Notes: generated by a model from the sequence alone, not told the origin. DNA of 40,734 nt from Octopus bimaculoides (GCF_001194135.2 NC_069003.1:7667519-7708252); one strand, 5' to 3'; numbered from the stretch's first letter, positions 1 through 11,704 are shown. Translations and numbers: made by a program.

Positions 1-31
<31 letters not shown>

Positions 32-33
<2 letters not shown>

Positions 34-198
34 GACGAGTTTCTTTCAGTTTCCGTCTACCAAATCCACTCATAAGGCTTTGGTCGGTCTGAGACTATAG
101 TAGAAGACACTTGCCCAAATTGCCACGCAGTGGGACTGAACCCAGAACCATGTGGTTGGTTAGCAGGCTACTTACCACACAGCCACTTCTGTGCCTAT
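32..198 (-). mobile_element. SINE family B, 5' module (tRNA-like head plus CORE-like segment) running into a (TA)n tract
   Basis: Near-identical to 4970-5125. The minus strand has GGTTCTGGGTTCAGTCCC (B-box-like) and TTGGGCAAGTGTCTT (CORE-like). Confidence 0.85.
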
Positions 199-679
199 GT
201 ATACATACATGTATGTTGGTGCGTTCGTAGACTTCACTATACCAACAACAATAACGGTACTCAAGCCAGAAGTCGAGAGGTAATTACTTGTTGTAAATGC
301 TGATCTAGCTCTCCGTTGCTAGTCCGATCATCACCAGTAACATCGCTAGTATCACCACAGATGTAAACTGAATTAAAAAGTACAGCGTATTTTGTGATAA
401 TTTACACAGACATGGGCGGTGTTTGAATTAGAACGCAGTGGGCAATCGTTATAACATGTAAGAGGCATAATGAAAAAAATGGGACTCGGAGCAATAACTT
501 AAAATGGAAAGGAAATAGGAAAAAAAATATATAAGGGAAACTTAATATACATATATAAATACTTGAATGATAAAACAACAAAGATCGTATGTTGACGGAT
601 GTACACACGCACACATGCATATATTTGTGTGTGCATACCAAGTCAAACACACAAATATACACATCAACACATGTAAAAT

Positions 680-960
<281 letters not shown>

Positions 961-1242
961 CCCGTACACAAGCAAATACAGGCCTACACTGAAGTTAACC
1001 GAGCTACATGAATCCGTAGCTAACACTCTTATATCATCAGCTCCTCACCAACGCATATACAAAACCTCCACCACAGACAGCATAAACATGTACAGAATTC
1101 TATACCTAAATCTACACACTTACATCGTACACAGACAGACAGACACACACACACACACACACGCACGCACACACACAAAACAAAAACGCAATACTATGAC
1201 GTATGACGAATACGGTGTTAGTTTAAATTGAAATAGCCTATC

Positions 1243-1281
1243 ATAAAGTATTCCGGATGATAGTCCTTCGTCAGAGGAATA
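1243..1281 (-). ncRNA. Degenerate Penelope-type hammerhead relic
   Basis: Minus strand reads CTGACGA-A-GGA-CTATCA-TCC-GGAAT. The core and a 3-bp stem II are present, but GAAA is altered and stems I and III are unconvincing. Confidence 0.3.
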
Positions 1282-1447
1282 GAAACATAGGAGAATAATT
1301 AAAAATTAAAAATTAATTTAAAAAGTAGAAAAAATTACTAAAATGAAATAAGAAAACTCCTATGTGTATAATATAGATAAATATATAGTTATTTATTTGA
1401 AAGCCTTAGATGTGATGATTACAGATGGCATGAACTAAATGTTCATA

Positions 1448-1760
1448 TATGACGTGGTATCAAAAAGTTCCCGGACTCGTTCTGTAGCACGTCAATAGAT
1501 GAGGACACACGGTTGCGTGCGCAGTGAGAGCTAGCAGTGAGCTTCATGAGGCAGTGTGCCGAGAGGCATTGCTATGTTTACTTCGCAAGTTGTGAAATTT
1601 GTGTTTCTGTGATCACAAGTATGCTGTAGTCTACGATTTTTTTCATGGACAAGGATAATGGAACAAAGAACCAACATGAGAATTTGCGTTAAACTAGGGA
1701 AGTCTACTACAGAGACATTGGGCATTCTTCAGCAAGCTTACAGCAACGAAGTAATGGGTC
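1448..1760 (+). mobile_element. Mariner (Tc1/mariner) 5' fragment: TIR, 5' UTR and start of transposase
   Basis: TIR-like GGTATCAAAAAGTTCCCGGACT near 1456. ATG at 1658 gives MEQRTNMRICVKLGKSTTETLGILQQAYSNEVMG, matching the mariner N-terminus pattern MEQRxxIKFCxKLGKSATETxxxLQQAYG; truncated after that. Confidence 0.8.
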
Positions 1761-3049
1761 TTGAAGAAGAAGAAAAATAACGCTCTGATAATTAGCCGCC
1801 TGATACAACTATGTTAAATCAAAGTGTGTGAGGATTGAAGTGACATCGAGTAGATCTTAGCACAAATGTAGCGACTTGTAAGTTAGTGTCTAGCTCAGTC
1901 TACAAATGATGAGTGGCTCAACTACGCTTGCAACAATTTCAGGTGTTCTTATGAGATATGTCAAGAAACTACTGTTGGTTAATGATAGAGAAAAATATCT
2001 TACTATATACGCATGTATATAAAACTATAGCAATGCTAATCGAAAAGGGAAATACATTCAAATAATTAAGAAGGCGATCATTTATGATCATAGCCAATTA
2101 TATCAGATGTTAGAATATATGTTCACAGACGTTTCACTAAGTCTCTGGACAAGACTCATTATCCATACGTTTCTGGTCATTGCGATAATCAGAACTGATC
2201 AGGTTACAGTCAGAAGAATGATATATCTAACATCTGGAAATATTATAAAAGAGGAAATTTAAGTATTATCTTAGTCTTTCATTTAGACATTTTATACTCC
2301 TTGTTTTACCGTTTCACTAACAGAGCAATGTAGAACTCTGTACAGACGTGATGCGAACGCACAACTTTTTCTGCGAAGAATCCGATACTGTTTGTCAATT
2401 CGATCTTTGCGACTCCTCATAAATGCACTTTAAAAGAGGTCGTCCACAGCAGTACACTTATGTGGTGAAGTACGAAGAAGTGTCGAAACACTTACGTGCC
2501 TTGGAAACCCAGACAATGTTGTTTTAACGAGATTCTACGCTAGACAGCTTCGGCTTATCTTCTTAACACGCGTCTGCCTTTAAAGATAGAAATGTTAATA
2601 ATGACGAAAGCCAATCAATAGAAAGCTTTCCACACACATATCTTGGCAAATAAAAACGGTAAGACGATGATAAGCCATTGTGATCTTATCAAACAGATAC
2701 AGTCGCTTTTCACAAAAAAACAATAGGAATTGTGGAATTTCAACAGAAGCCATATATTAACTGAATTAAGATTTATTGCTTTTTAGAAACTTGGACAGCA
2801 AGATGATTGTGGCAAGAGAACGGAAGAATTGATGTTGCTTCTGTACATTATTGTTCTGAGACCAACTTTTAATCGAGCTGATTTTCCCCTGGAATCGTTG
2901 AAATTAGTTATATACTGGTGGAAGGATAAATTTCAGAGGGTTAAATCTGCTTCTACTGGTACAGTTGATATAATGCTTTAAAATACCCCTAACATTTTAC
3001 TGATTTCAACTCTAATTTTGTATTGTTGCAAATCTTATTAAGCGCTTGG

Positions 3050-3168
3050 AGAAGGGATTAAGTTGATTACATTGATCTCAGTGTACATCTGGTACTTATT
3101 TTATCGACCCCGAAAGGATGAAAGGCAAGTCGACCTCGGCGGAATCTGAACTCAGAACGTAGCGGCAC
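3050..3168 (-). mobile_element. SINE family A fragment
   Basis: Matches the family A body (TTCATCCTTTCGGGGTCGATAAAATAAGTACCAG on minus), with the tail variant also seen at 32324-32545. Confidence 0.8.
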
Positions 3169-3214
3169 TCAGTGTATGTATGTATGTATGTATGTATGTA
3201 TGTATGTATGTGTT

Positions 3215-3408
3215 TCTCCGTCTGCCATCGCTCCCAGTGTTGATATGTTCACCGATGGTCTTCCATACTATTTCTAACAAAATTCACTGACAAGACACTG
3301 GTCGGTCCGAGGCAATTAGTAGCACACACTTACCCTAGATGTTGCGCAGTGGGGTTGAACAGAAAACCACGTGGTTGCAAGGAGAGCCTCTCAACCACAC
3401 AGACATGA
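3215..3408 (-). mobile_element. SINE family B, diverged copy
   Basis: Recognisable but mutated match to 4970-5125. Confidence 0.65.
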
Positions 3409-3445
3409 ATACTACTACTACTACTAATAATAATAATAATAATAA

Positions 3446-3637
3446 TCCTTTCTACTATAGGTACAAGGCCTGAAATTTCGGGGGAGGGGATTAATCAATT
3501 ACATCGATCCCAGTACTCAACTGGTACTTATTTCATCGATCTTGAAAGGATGAAGCAGACCACGGCGGAATTTGAACTCAGAACGTGAAGACGGACGAAA
3601 TACCGCTTAGCATTTCGGTCGGGGCACTAACGATTCT
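3446..3637 (-). mobile_element. SINE family A with (ATT)n tail
   Basis: B-box-like GAGTTCAAATTCC on minus; (AAT)n/(ACT)n tail at 3410-3446. Confidence 0.85.
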
Positions 3638-3715
3638 GATTGTTTTATGATATATATAAATATCTCTTTCTCTGTCTCTCACCCCCTCTCTCTGCACACA
3701 CACACACACACACAC

Positions 3716-4498
3716 NNNNNNNNNNNNNNNNNNNNNNNNNNNNNNNNNNNNNNNNNNNNNNNNNNNNNNNNNNNNNNNNNNNNNNNNNNNNNNNNNNNNN
3801 NNNNNNNNNNNNNNNNNNNNNNNNNNNNNNNNNNNNNNNNNNNNNNNNNNNNNNNNNNNNNNNNNNNNNNNNNNNNNNNNNNNNNNNNNNNNNNNNNNNN
3901 NNNNNNNNNNNNNNNNNNNNNNNNNNNNNNNNNNNNNNNNNNNNNNNNNNNNNNNNNNNNNNNNNNNNNNNNNNNNNNNNNNNNNNNNNNNNNNNNNNNN
4001 NNNNNNNNNNNNNNNNNNNNNNNNNNNNNNNNNNNNNNNNNNNNNNNNNNNNNNNNNNNNNNNNNNNNNNNNNNNNNNNNNNNNNNNNNNNNNNNNNNNN
4101 NNNNNNNNNNNNNNNNNNNNNNNNNNNNNNNNNNNNNNNNNNNNNNNNNNNNNNNNNNNNNNNNNNNNNNNNNNNNNNNNNNNNNNNNNNNNNNNNNNNN
4201 NNNNNNNNNNNNNNNNNNNNNNNNNNNNNNNNNNNNNNNNNNNNNNNNNNNNNNNNNNNNNNNNNNNNNNNNNNNNNNNNNNNNNNNNNNNNNNNNNNNN
4301 NNNNNNNNNNNNNNNNNNNNNNNNNNNNNNNNNNNNNNNNNNNNNNNNNNNNNNNNNNNNNNNNNNNNNNNNNNNNNNNNNNNNNNNNNNNNNNNNNNNN
4401 NNNNNNNNNNNNNNNNNNNNNNNNNNNNNNNNNNNNNNNNNNNNNNNNNNNNNNNNNNNNNNNNNNNNNNNNNNNNNNNNNNNNNNNNNNNNNNNNNN
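3716..4498. other. Assembly gap; other N runs at about 7407-8192, 11911-12252, 14828-14837, 19668-19677, 26374-26782, 32547-32556, 33156-33992, 35214-35394, 37261-37371
   Basis: N characters, many next to microsatellites. Confidence 0.99.
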
Positions 4499-4719
4499 CC
4501 CTTGCAATTGAAGTAGTAGGTTTATAACAACGCATATTATAAACTGTTTTTTATCGATTAAGAGTTGGTATTTACTCTGGTTACCAAGTGTATTTCTGAG
4601 TTCTGTTGCCTGTTGCAAAATTGCATATTTTTTGTTCGCTGCAAGAAATGATATTTGAAATTTGTACGTATGTGTATAGGTATGTGTGTGTATAGTTGTG
4701 TGTGGTGTGTGTGTATATA

Positions 4720-5125
4720 TACTCTTTACTCTTTTACTTGTTTCAGTCATTTGACTGCGGCCATGCTGGAGCACCGCCTTTAGTCGAATCAAATCGACCC
4801 CAGGACTTATTCTTTGTAAGCCTAGTACTTATTCTATCGGTCACTTTTTGCCGAACCGCTAAGTTACGGAGACCTAAGCACACCAGCATCGGTTGTCAAG
4901 CGATGTTGGGGGGACAAACACAGATACACAACATATACACACATACACATATATATATATACATATATACGACGGGCTTCTTTCAGTTTCCGTCTACCAA
5001 ATCCACTCACAAGGCTTTGGTCGGCCCGAGGCTATAGTAGAAGACACTTGCCCAAGGTGCCACGCAGTGGGACTGAACCCGGAACCATGTGGTTCGTAAG
5101 CAAGCTACTTACCACACAGCCACTC
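4720..5125 (-). mobile_element. SINE family B, full-length young composite copy (head/CORE-like module, internal AT/AC microsatellite, 3' module ending in (AAAGAGT)n)
   Basis: Complete structure visible; close to the copies at 34102-34447 (-) and 14237-14612 (+). Confidence 0.9.
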
Positions 5126-5182
5126 ATACATAATATATGTATATATTTTTTCCTTTATTTGTTTTAGCATCGCCTTTAATCG

Positions 5183-5300
5183 AAAAAATCGACCCCAGGA
5201 CTTATTCTTTGTAAGCCTAGTACTTATTCCATCGTTGTCTTTTACCGAACCGCTAAGTTACGGGGACATAAACACACCAACATCTGTTGTTAAGCGATGG
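5183..5300 (-). mobile_element. SINE family B, 3' module fragment
   Basis: Repeats 4790-4905 (ATCGACCCCAGGACTTATTCTTTGTAAGCCTAGTACTTATTC). Confidence 0.8.
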
Positions 5301-5425
5301 TAGTCGTCGTGGTCGTCGTGGTCTTCGCAGCAGCAACAGTAGCAGTAGTAGTAATGGAAATGGCTGTACTAATAGCAGCAGTTGCAATAATAGTGGTAGC
5401 AGCCGCAGCAGCAGCAGTAGTAGTA
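5300..5425. repeat. Degenerate (GTA/GCA/GTC)n trinucleotide tract
   Basis: Read directly; explains the poly-T/poly-A ORF 5290-5610. Confidence 0.85.
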
Positions 5426-5516
5426 ATGCCGATTCGGTGCCGAGGAGGAGCGTGAAAAAATGACACTATAGGTAGATATTTGCAATCTAAAGTAATCAGG
5501 GAGTCACCTCCTCCGT

Positions 5517-5547
<31 letters not shown>

Positions 5548-5572
5548 TCCTCTTGCGCTGCCTGTCTGTCTG

Positions 5573-5605
<33 letters not shown>

Positions 5606-6082
5606 AACACTTCACACTGGCTAAGTTCGGATTAGCTGTTCCATATATTCACAGCAAGAATTGTCTGTCTTAGATTACACAAATAAACCTCTTTGAATCA
5701 GGATTGAGTGTGTATACGTACGTGTGTGTGTGTGAGTGTGCGCGCGAGTGAGTGTGGGTGTGTGCGAGTGTGTGTGTGCGAGTGTGTGCCTGCGAGTGTG
5801 TGTGTGTGTGTGATGGGAAATGTAGGGTGTTGTTCCTTATATATAATACTTTTAACCCGCTGATCTAGAGTAAAGTGAAATTTAAGCTGCTGCTCCTCTA
5901 AGTGGGATCGATTCCAGGTCTTTTGATACCCACTATCAGATTTCTTGGGAATTAACACTATCACTTGTTATGAATTCTAAACATGGTGACATACACGGAC
6001 AAATGTGTTATTTCACACACTTACACAGACAGACACACATACATATACATACACATTTGTATGTATGTATATGTTTGTGCTA

Positions 6083-6394
6083 TGTTATAACATGGCTCCT
6101 CGTCCACTTGTATGCTGTCGTCGGCACTGTAATATTCTTGTCGACACTATTATGTTGTGACAGTATTCCGCGTCTTATTATCTTTGACTCGTCTGTCGTG
6201 CTATCGTTGATAGCTCCGCAAGACAACCACTTCGTAGCGTCTCCCTTGACGGTAACTCGGACTCGTATAGATCACGAAACTGACACTGACTCCAGCTGAG
6301 AACTCGTACGACTCTACTACTACTGACTGACTTTATAGTGGCTTGTCATACCACTTTGTCACGTGGGAAGAAGTGTACCATTTTCACTACAACA
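6083..6394 (-). mobile_element. 3' LTR of a Ty3/Gypsy retrotransposon (312 bp)
   Basis: On minus it begins TGTTGTA directly after the purine tract AAAAGGGGAGA and ends TATAACA (6/7 terminal inverted match, TG...CA). It lies downstream of the integrase remnant. Confidence 0.8.
6331..6365 (-). promoter_or_regulatory. Candidate LTR U3 promoter: CACGTGAC E-box and TATAAAG box
   Basis: Minus strand reads CCCACGTGACAAAGTGGTATGACAAGCCACTATAAAG inside the LTR. Confidence 0.45.
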
Positions 6395-6407
6395 TCTCCC
6401 CTTTTAG
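6395..6407 (-). other. Polypurine tract (PPT) of the Gypsy element
   Basis: Minus-strand CTAAAAGGGGAGA abuts the LTR's TG. Confidence 0.75.
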
Positions 6408-6499
6408 TTTTCTTTTTTTTTTCTTTGGGAAGCAACTAATTTTATTTTACCTTATTCCACCCTCCTCTCTTTTTAGCGATTTTTCCCCAACTTAATATT

Positions 6500-7240
6500 T
6501 TTTTCTTTTTGGCGTCTATTTGGTACCTTGAGTGTCATACAGCCATTCCATAGATTATTATAATCTGTCTGGTTCATGTTCTATGAATCTCTTCTTCAAT
6601 TGGTTTCTGTGTCTTTTTTCAATATCTTTTCTGCTTTAAATTTCGCAGATCATTTTTCCTATGTGCTTTGTAGTTTTTCCTTCTTCCGAGTATTGTTTTC
6701 CGTTTTTATACGACCTCATGTACACCTTATCACCAATTTTGAAAAAAATTTGTATTGTCTTTCCTAGTATTTTTTCTTTCCTCTCCAGGTAACAGTTTAT
6801 CAAAAACTGATTTCACCCCTCCCCCTCGCGAACATCAGTTAAGCTGGTGAGCTTCCTGTTGGTGTATTGGGATTCGGTGTCACCCTGCATAATGAGAACA
6901 GTAAAATGGAACTGCGAGCTTTGGGGGGCTCGTAAGCCATTACATCCTTTCATTGTTTAATATTTCATTTCGTATTTCATCATTCGTTTTATGTACTCCA
7001 CGTTTTGTGTTGTCTGCATACCCTTAGGAATTGCTGCAGAGCGACTTCGTCTTGTTTGCTTTTCCAAAGTTCTTCTAAAAATGTCCACAAAACGTTCTGT
7101 CTGTCCATTTTATCTGAGATGGTAAGGCGCTATCGTTTTATGTTCTACTGTGAACATTTCACAGAATTTTCTAAATTCACTGGACACAAATTGTGTTCCA
7201 TCATCAGATACAATTACGTTAGGGATGCCAATTTCTACAG
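6500..7240 (-). pseudogene. Gypsy integrase (rve core plus C-terminal region), decayed by stops, frameshifts and one insertion
   Basis: Minus-strand translation GIPNVIVSDDGTQFVSSEFRKFCEMFTVEHKTIAPYHLR*NGQTERFVDIFRRTL...DEVALQQFLRVC[insertion]RVTPNPNTPTGSSPA*LMFAR...KSVFDKLLPG...KRHRNQLKKRF fits the retroviral-type integrase SDNGxQF / PYHPxSNGxAERF motifs. Confidence 0.9.
6892..7013. mobile_element. 122-bp insertion in the integrase, flanked by a 7-bp direct repeat CTGCATA
   Basis: CTGCATA at 6885-6891 and 7014-7020; removing the insert and one repeat restores the in-frame LRVCRVTPN. Confidence 0.8.
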
Positions 7241-9736
7241 GCAATTTCTACACGTTAGAAGACAGTCAAAATGACCGAAAACCACAAAAAAAAGAAAACA
7301 ATTTCAAAGGGAAAGAAAAAATAAAAACTTTTTGAAGAGAATTTGCCTAATAAATTATTTTATTTACTAAAAGAATTCGAAACCCGTAAGTCTAACCGTG
7401 AAAACANNNNNNNNNNNNNNNNNNNNNNNNNNNNNNNNNNNNNNNNNNNNNNNNNNNNNNNNNNNNNNNNNNNNNNNNNNNNNNNNNNNNNNNNNNNNNN
7501 NNNNNNNNNNNNNNNNNNNNNNNNNNNNNNNNNNNNNNNNNNNNNNNNNNNNNNNNNNNNNNNNNNNNNNNNNNNNNNNNNNNNNNNNNNNNNNNNNNNN
7601 NNNNNNNNNNNNNNNNNNNNNNNNNNNNNNNNNNNNNNNNNNNNNNNNNNNNNNNNNNNNNNNNNNNNNNNNNNNNNNNNNNNNNNNNNNNNNNNNNNNN
7701 NNNNNNNNNNNNNNNNNNNNNNNNNNNNNNNNNNNNNNNNNNNNNNNNNNNNNNNNNNNNNNNNNNNNNNNNNNNNNNNNNNNNNNNNNNNNNNNNNNNN
7801 NNNNNNNNNNNNNNNNNNNNNNNNNNNNNNNNNNNNNNNNNNNNNNNNNNNNNNNNNNNNNNNNNNNNNNNNNNNNNNNNNNNNNNNNNNNNNNNNNNNN
7901 NNNNNNNNNNNNNNNNNNNNNNNNNNNNNNNNNNNNNNNNNNNNNNNNNNNNNNNNNNNNNNNNNNNNNNNNNNNNNNNNNNNNNNNNNNNNNNNNNNNN
8001 NNNNNNNNNNNNNNNNNNNNNNNNNNNNNNNNNNNNNNNNNNNNNNNNNNNNNNNNNNNNNNNNNNNNNNNNNNNNNNNNNNNNNNNNNNNNNNNNNNNN
8101 NNNNNNNNNNNNNNNNNNNNNNNNNNNNNNNNNNNNNNNNNNNNNNNNNNNNNNNNNNNNNNNNNNNNNNNNNNNNNNNNNNNNNNNNNNNNNTATATAT
8201 ACTTTTTATTGATATTTTCTTTTAAAATTAGATTTTAATGACATCATGTTTGAAATTTTAAGCTTTGTCCCTTTTTGTCAAACCCGAGAACAAAATACCG
8301 TTAACTTCCGGTATTCTCAAATCACTCGTCATCCTCTTTCAGGCGTAGTTCTAGCTTATTTCTACATTTTCTTTTCTCTTTATCTCGCCTCTCATTAAAT
8401 TGCTATATATTAACTATCTTGCCTTATCCTTTCATACTTATTCCATTTAATTAGAACATCTACTAGATTTAGCATGCACACAGAAAAATAAAAGTTCTTT
8501 CTGTTTATTTATATATTTATTCATTTATATATTTATTAGTTCTTATCAGCTCATCGTAGCTTATCTTCCGAAGCAATTCTTTAACACTTTCCAGATAGTT
8601 CGCTGTCATCGTTGATACATCTTGTCGTCTTTATCTTTTACAATCTTTCCAGTTTTGGTCGGCCAACCTCTCTCTATTTCTCCCTCTCATTCTGTTTGCC
8701 TGCCTCTTTCTTTCTCCCCCCCTCTCTCTCTGTCTTTGCCTCTCTCTATCCCTCCTTTTCTCTGTTGTTTGTGTGTGGACCAAACTGCATCCCCCACCTC
8801 ACTCATTGGGCTAATGCTAGGAAGGAAGAAGACAGCCGGAAGATGATATACTCTTTATGTCTCCTTAATCTCGGCTGTAGAGTCCTTGTGGCGGCAACTA
8901 TTATTAAGTACTGATTAACCTGTAACACTGAATCTAATTTCATTGACCCTCACGCACACGAAAAACATAACTTATTTAAATATCGTTTGTCATCACAATC
9001 GACAACAACGCCATCGGCGTTTATCATCTTTATAGTTACAGACGTTAAAGACTTCAGAGTAAAACCTCGTTAAAACCAGAGAAACCACTGACAATTGAAA
9101 GCGGGGAAATGGCAAACGTTTACGATACAAGAAGATTTTAGTTAGATTCATCCTCTTTTCTATTTCTTCAAAAACAATGTCACATTTTAAACTTTTGCAT
9201 ATTTTCACTCTTTCACTTCCATATTGTATCTGAATTGTGCGACTTGGTTGATTTCTTTTTCTGAAAATCCTACCTCATACGGATTGTCACTTAGGCATTT
9301 ACTCACAAAATCAAGCGCACCAATTACACTCCATAACAAAATGAAAGTTTCTTTAGCAAGATACAATCAACGTGATTTCAGCCAATTTAAGGCTGTTCTT
9401 TCTGAATATGAAATCAGTTTTGCTCCATCACATCTAGATTTTGATCTACAGGGCATACTTATATATCAAATTTACCGAAATATAATGTAGCATGCCGTAC
9501 GCCAAGCGTTCCTATTTGGTTTTAAAGATAGCGCTTGATTGTTCTTTTTGTGATAACCTTTAACGAGGGAGCTGTAAAAGTAGCTATAACACATATTAGA
9601 TCATGTCTATTTTTCGGACACTTTGATTTAAATGTGTGTTTCGGGTGTTATTGTGACTTTTATCAAATTAGTAATTGTTCTGTTCAACGTGGACTGCTGT
9701 TTGTTTTTTTCTCCGCTTTAATTTGCTTCAATTTGC

Positions 9737-10120
9737 ATGCCTTCAAGACATGTATGCCGCAATGACCCAGATCACATTTGCTACATCTGTGGGAAATATG
9801 CCTTCAAGGACTGTGGGAGAAACATCACGCCATTCATAAAGGCAAAATATAAGGTTACTTCAAAATGAAACTCGGAGACCAGTATAAATGTTTTGCATCC
9901 ACATATTGTATACAAAGTTTACAGTGATCTGCTTTCCATGTCTAGTGGCAAGCAGATGTAAATACCATTTGCCACTGAAATGGTATGCCAAAAACAAAAC
10001 AACCATTCCACTGACTGCTGCTTTTGTATTTCAAATGTTAAGGAGTTCAATAAGAAAACTGCAAAGTATATCAAGCATCTTAATTTGTCATCTGCCATAA
10101 GACTACGGCCATATGAAGAT
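9737..10120 (+). pseudogene. DNA transposase N-terminal zinc-finger region, probably CMC/Chapaev3-like, frameshifted
   Basis: MPSRHVCRNDPDHICYICGKY...YFKMKLGDQYKCFASHI...MVCQKQNNHSTDCCFCISNVKEFNKKTAKYIKHLNLSSAIR follows the CYICG...LGDQDKxWAPH...NHxxDCYFC...YPNLPSAIRP pattern. The family name is from memory, not from a search. Confidence 0.75.
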
Positions 10121-10229
10121 GAGGGATCAGTCTCACCGTCTGGTGAAGATTTAGAGATCAGTCTCACCATCTGGTGAAGTCTTAATCCGCCATCACGCCG
10201 GTTGCTGTATAGAAAGAAAGAAAGAAGTG

Positions 10230-10510
10230 GTTTCCGGGAGATGTATGATCCTTCTAGCTCCTACGCGGATGACCGTGTCAAGTGACTGTATCTCCGACTA
10301 CCCTGCCTCCCCCAAGGTCGATAACGGTCCTATTTGGTGGCCGTTCTCGGTGGGGGAGGTGAAAATTAGTCGGAGACAAATGAATACTTCCTCAGCGGCG
10401 GGTCCAGATGGACTTACTATTGGTGAGATTAAGTCCATGGACCCCTGTATCCTCGCAAATATATGTAACTGCATGTTGCTGGCCGGGAAAGTTCCCGACG
10501 TCCTGAAGCA
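10230..10510 (+). pseudogene. Non-LTR retrotransposon ORF fragment just upstream of the RT core (R2/NeSL-type)
   Basis: ORF 10227-10541: WWPFSVGEVKISRRQMNTSSAAGPDGLTIGEIKSMDPCILANICNCMLLAGKVPDVLK, containing the SAxGPDG motif and the FNxxLxxGxxP-like segment of LINE RT domain 0. Confidence 0.7.
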
Positions 10511-10574
10511 CTTCATATTCGAGGCTCCGATGAGTCTATAGGGTGTTATTCAGGCACTTATATAAGGGTCCCTG

Positions 10575-10803
10575 AGTAACTCCCTATAATAAAGGTTTCA
10601 AATTTTGGTTCAAGGCCAGCAAGTTCGAGGTAAGGGGTAAGTCGGTTATATCGACTCCAGGGTTCATCTGGTACTTACTGTATCGACCTATAATGGATGA
10701 AAGGCAAAGTCGGCTCCTGCGGAATTTGAACTCAGAACGTAAAGATGAACGAAATGCTGCTAAGCATTCAACTCGGCTTCCTAACAATTCTGACAGCTCG
10801 CTG
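10575..10803 (-). mobile_element. SINE family A, diverged full-length copy
   Basis: Head, B-box and tail recognisable. Confidence 0.8.
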
Positions 10804-11057
10804 TGTTAATATTATATATAATATAAATGTATGATATATATGCATCTCTCTCTGTCCCCCGCTTTCTCTCTGTGTATACCCCCACACATACACACACATT
10901 ATTTACTACTTATCGATATCTTGCCAAAATCTCGGATATATAAACGCATTTCCTTTTCCCCATATTATTGGGTCAACTGCACTGCTTTGGTACACACACA
11001 CACACATATACATATATGTGCTCCAGCATGGCCGCAGTCAAATAAAATAATAAAAGA

Positions 11058-11089
<32 letters not shown>

Positions 11090-11443
11090 GACTGCTATAT
11101 TGGTACAATCATGACAGTACTATTAGTCAGTCCTCCTTGCCTTTCAACCTAATTAGGATCGATAAAATAAGCATAGAATGCCGAGCGCTAGGGCGTTTGT
11201 TCTTAATATTGCCTTTTGAATTATTTTTTTCGTTAAACACTCATTACTTTCGTTTTAGAATAAGGTTGATTTCCTGAGTTCGCAGCACGGTTCCCTCTTA
11301 TTTGGACAAGTCTTATTTCTAAATATCGTGGAATATTTACGTCGCAGCAAGTCATGATGTTTCTTGTTGTGTTGATTCTTGATTTAGCATCAGGCTGAAT
11401 GAGTTTATATAACAACTACAACAACAATAACAACAACAATAAT

Positions 11444-11656
11444 CATTTCTATTATAGGTATAAGGCTTGAAATTCCGGGGAGTGAGATAGTCGATTACAT
11501 CGACCCCCCCACCTCAGCACTCAAACTAGTACTTCGACCCCGAAGGGATGAAAAACAAAGCCGATCTTGGCGGAATTTGAACTGGGAACGTAAAAACGGA
11601 CGAAATGCCGCTATGCCTTTTGCCCGGAGTACTGACCATTCTGCCAGCTCGCCGCC

Positions 11657-11658
<2 letters not shown>
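11444..11658 (-). mobile_element. SINE family A, full-length
   Basis: GGCGGCGAGCTGGCAGAAT head on minus, with AAC/AAT tracts on both sides. Confidence 0.85.

Positions 11659-11700
<42 letters not shown>

Positions 11701-11704
<4 letters not shown>

Noticed and set aside
2090-2520. Fragments FTKSLDK, YPYVSG and HFKRGRPQQYTYV suggesting a decayed RTE or Penelope ORF
   Set aside because: The motifs are short, in different frames and point to different clades, so I cannot support an assignment without a search.
5970-6299. ORF with a hydrophobic stretch and TRIDHE (cadherin-like)
   Set aside because: It is the antisense reading of the Gypsy LTR plus microsatellite; no other cadherin motifs are present.
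7022-7108. Minus-strand MDRQNVLWTFLEELWKSKQDEVALQQFLR with an apparent G/GTATG donor, resembling an ETS-like exon
   Set aside because: It overlaps the frameshifted Gypsy integrase, which explains the sequence fully.
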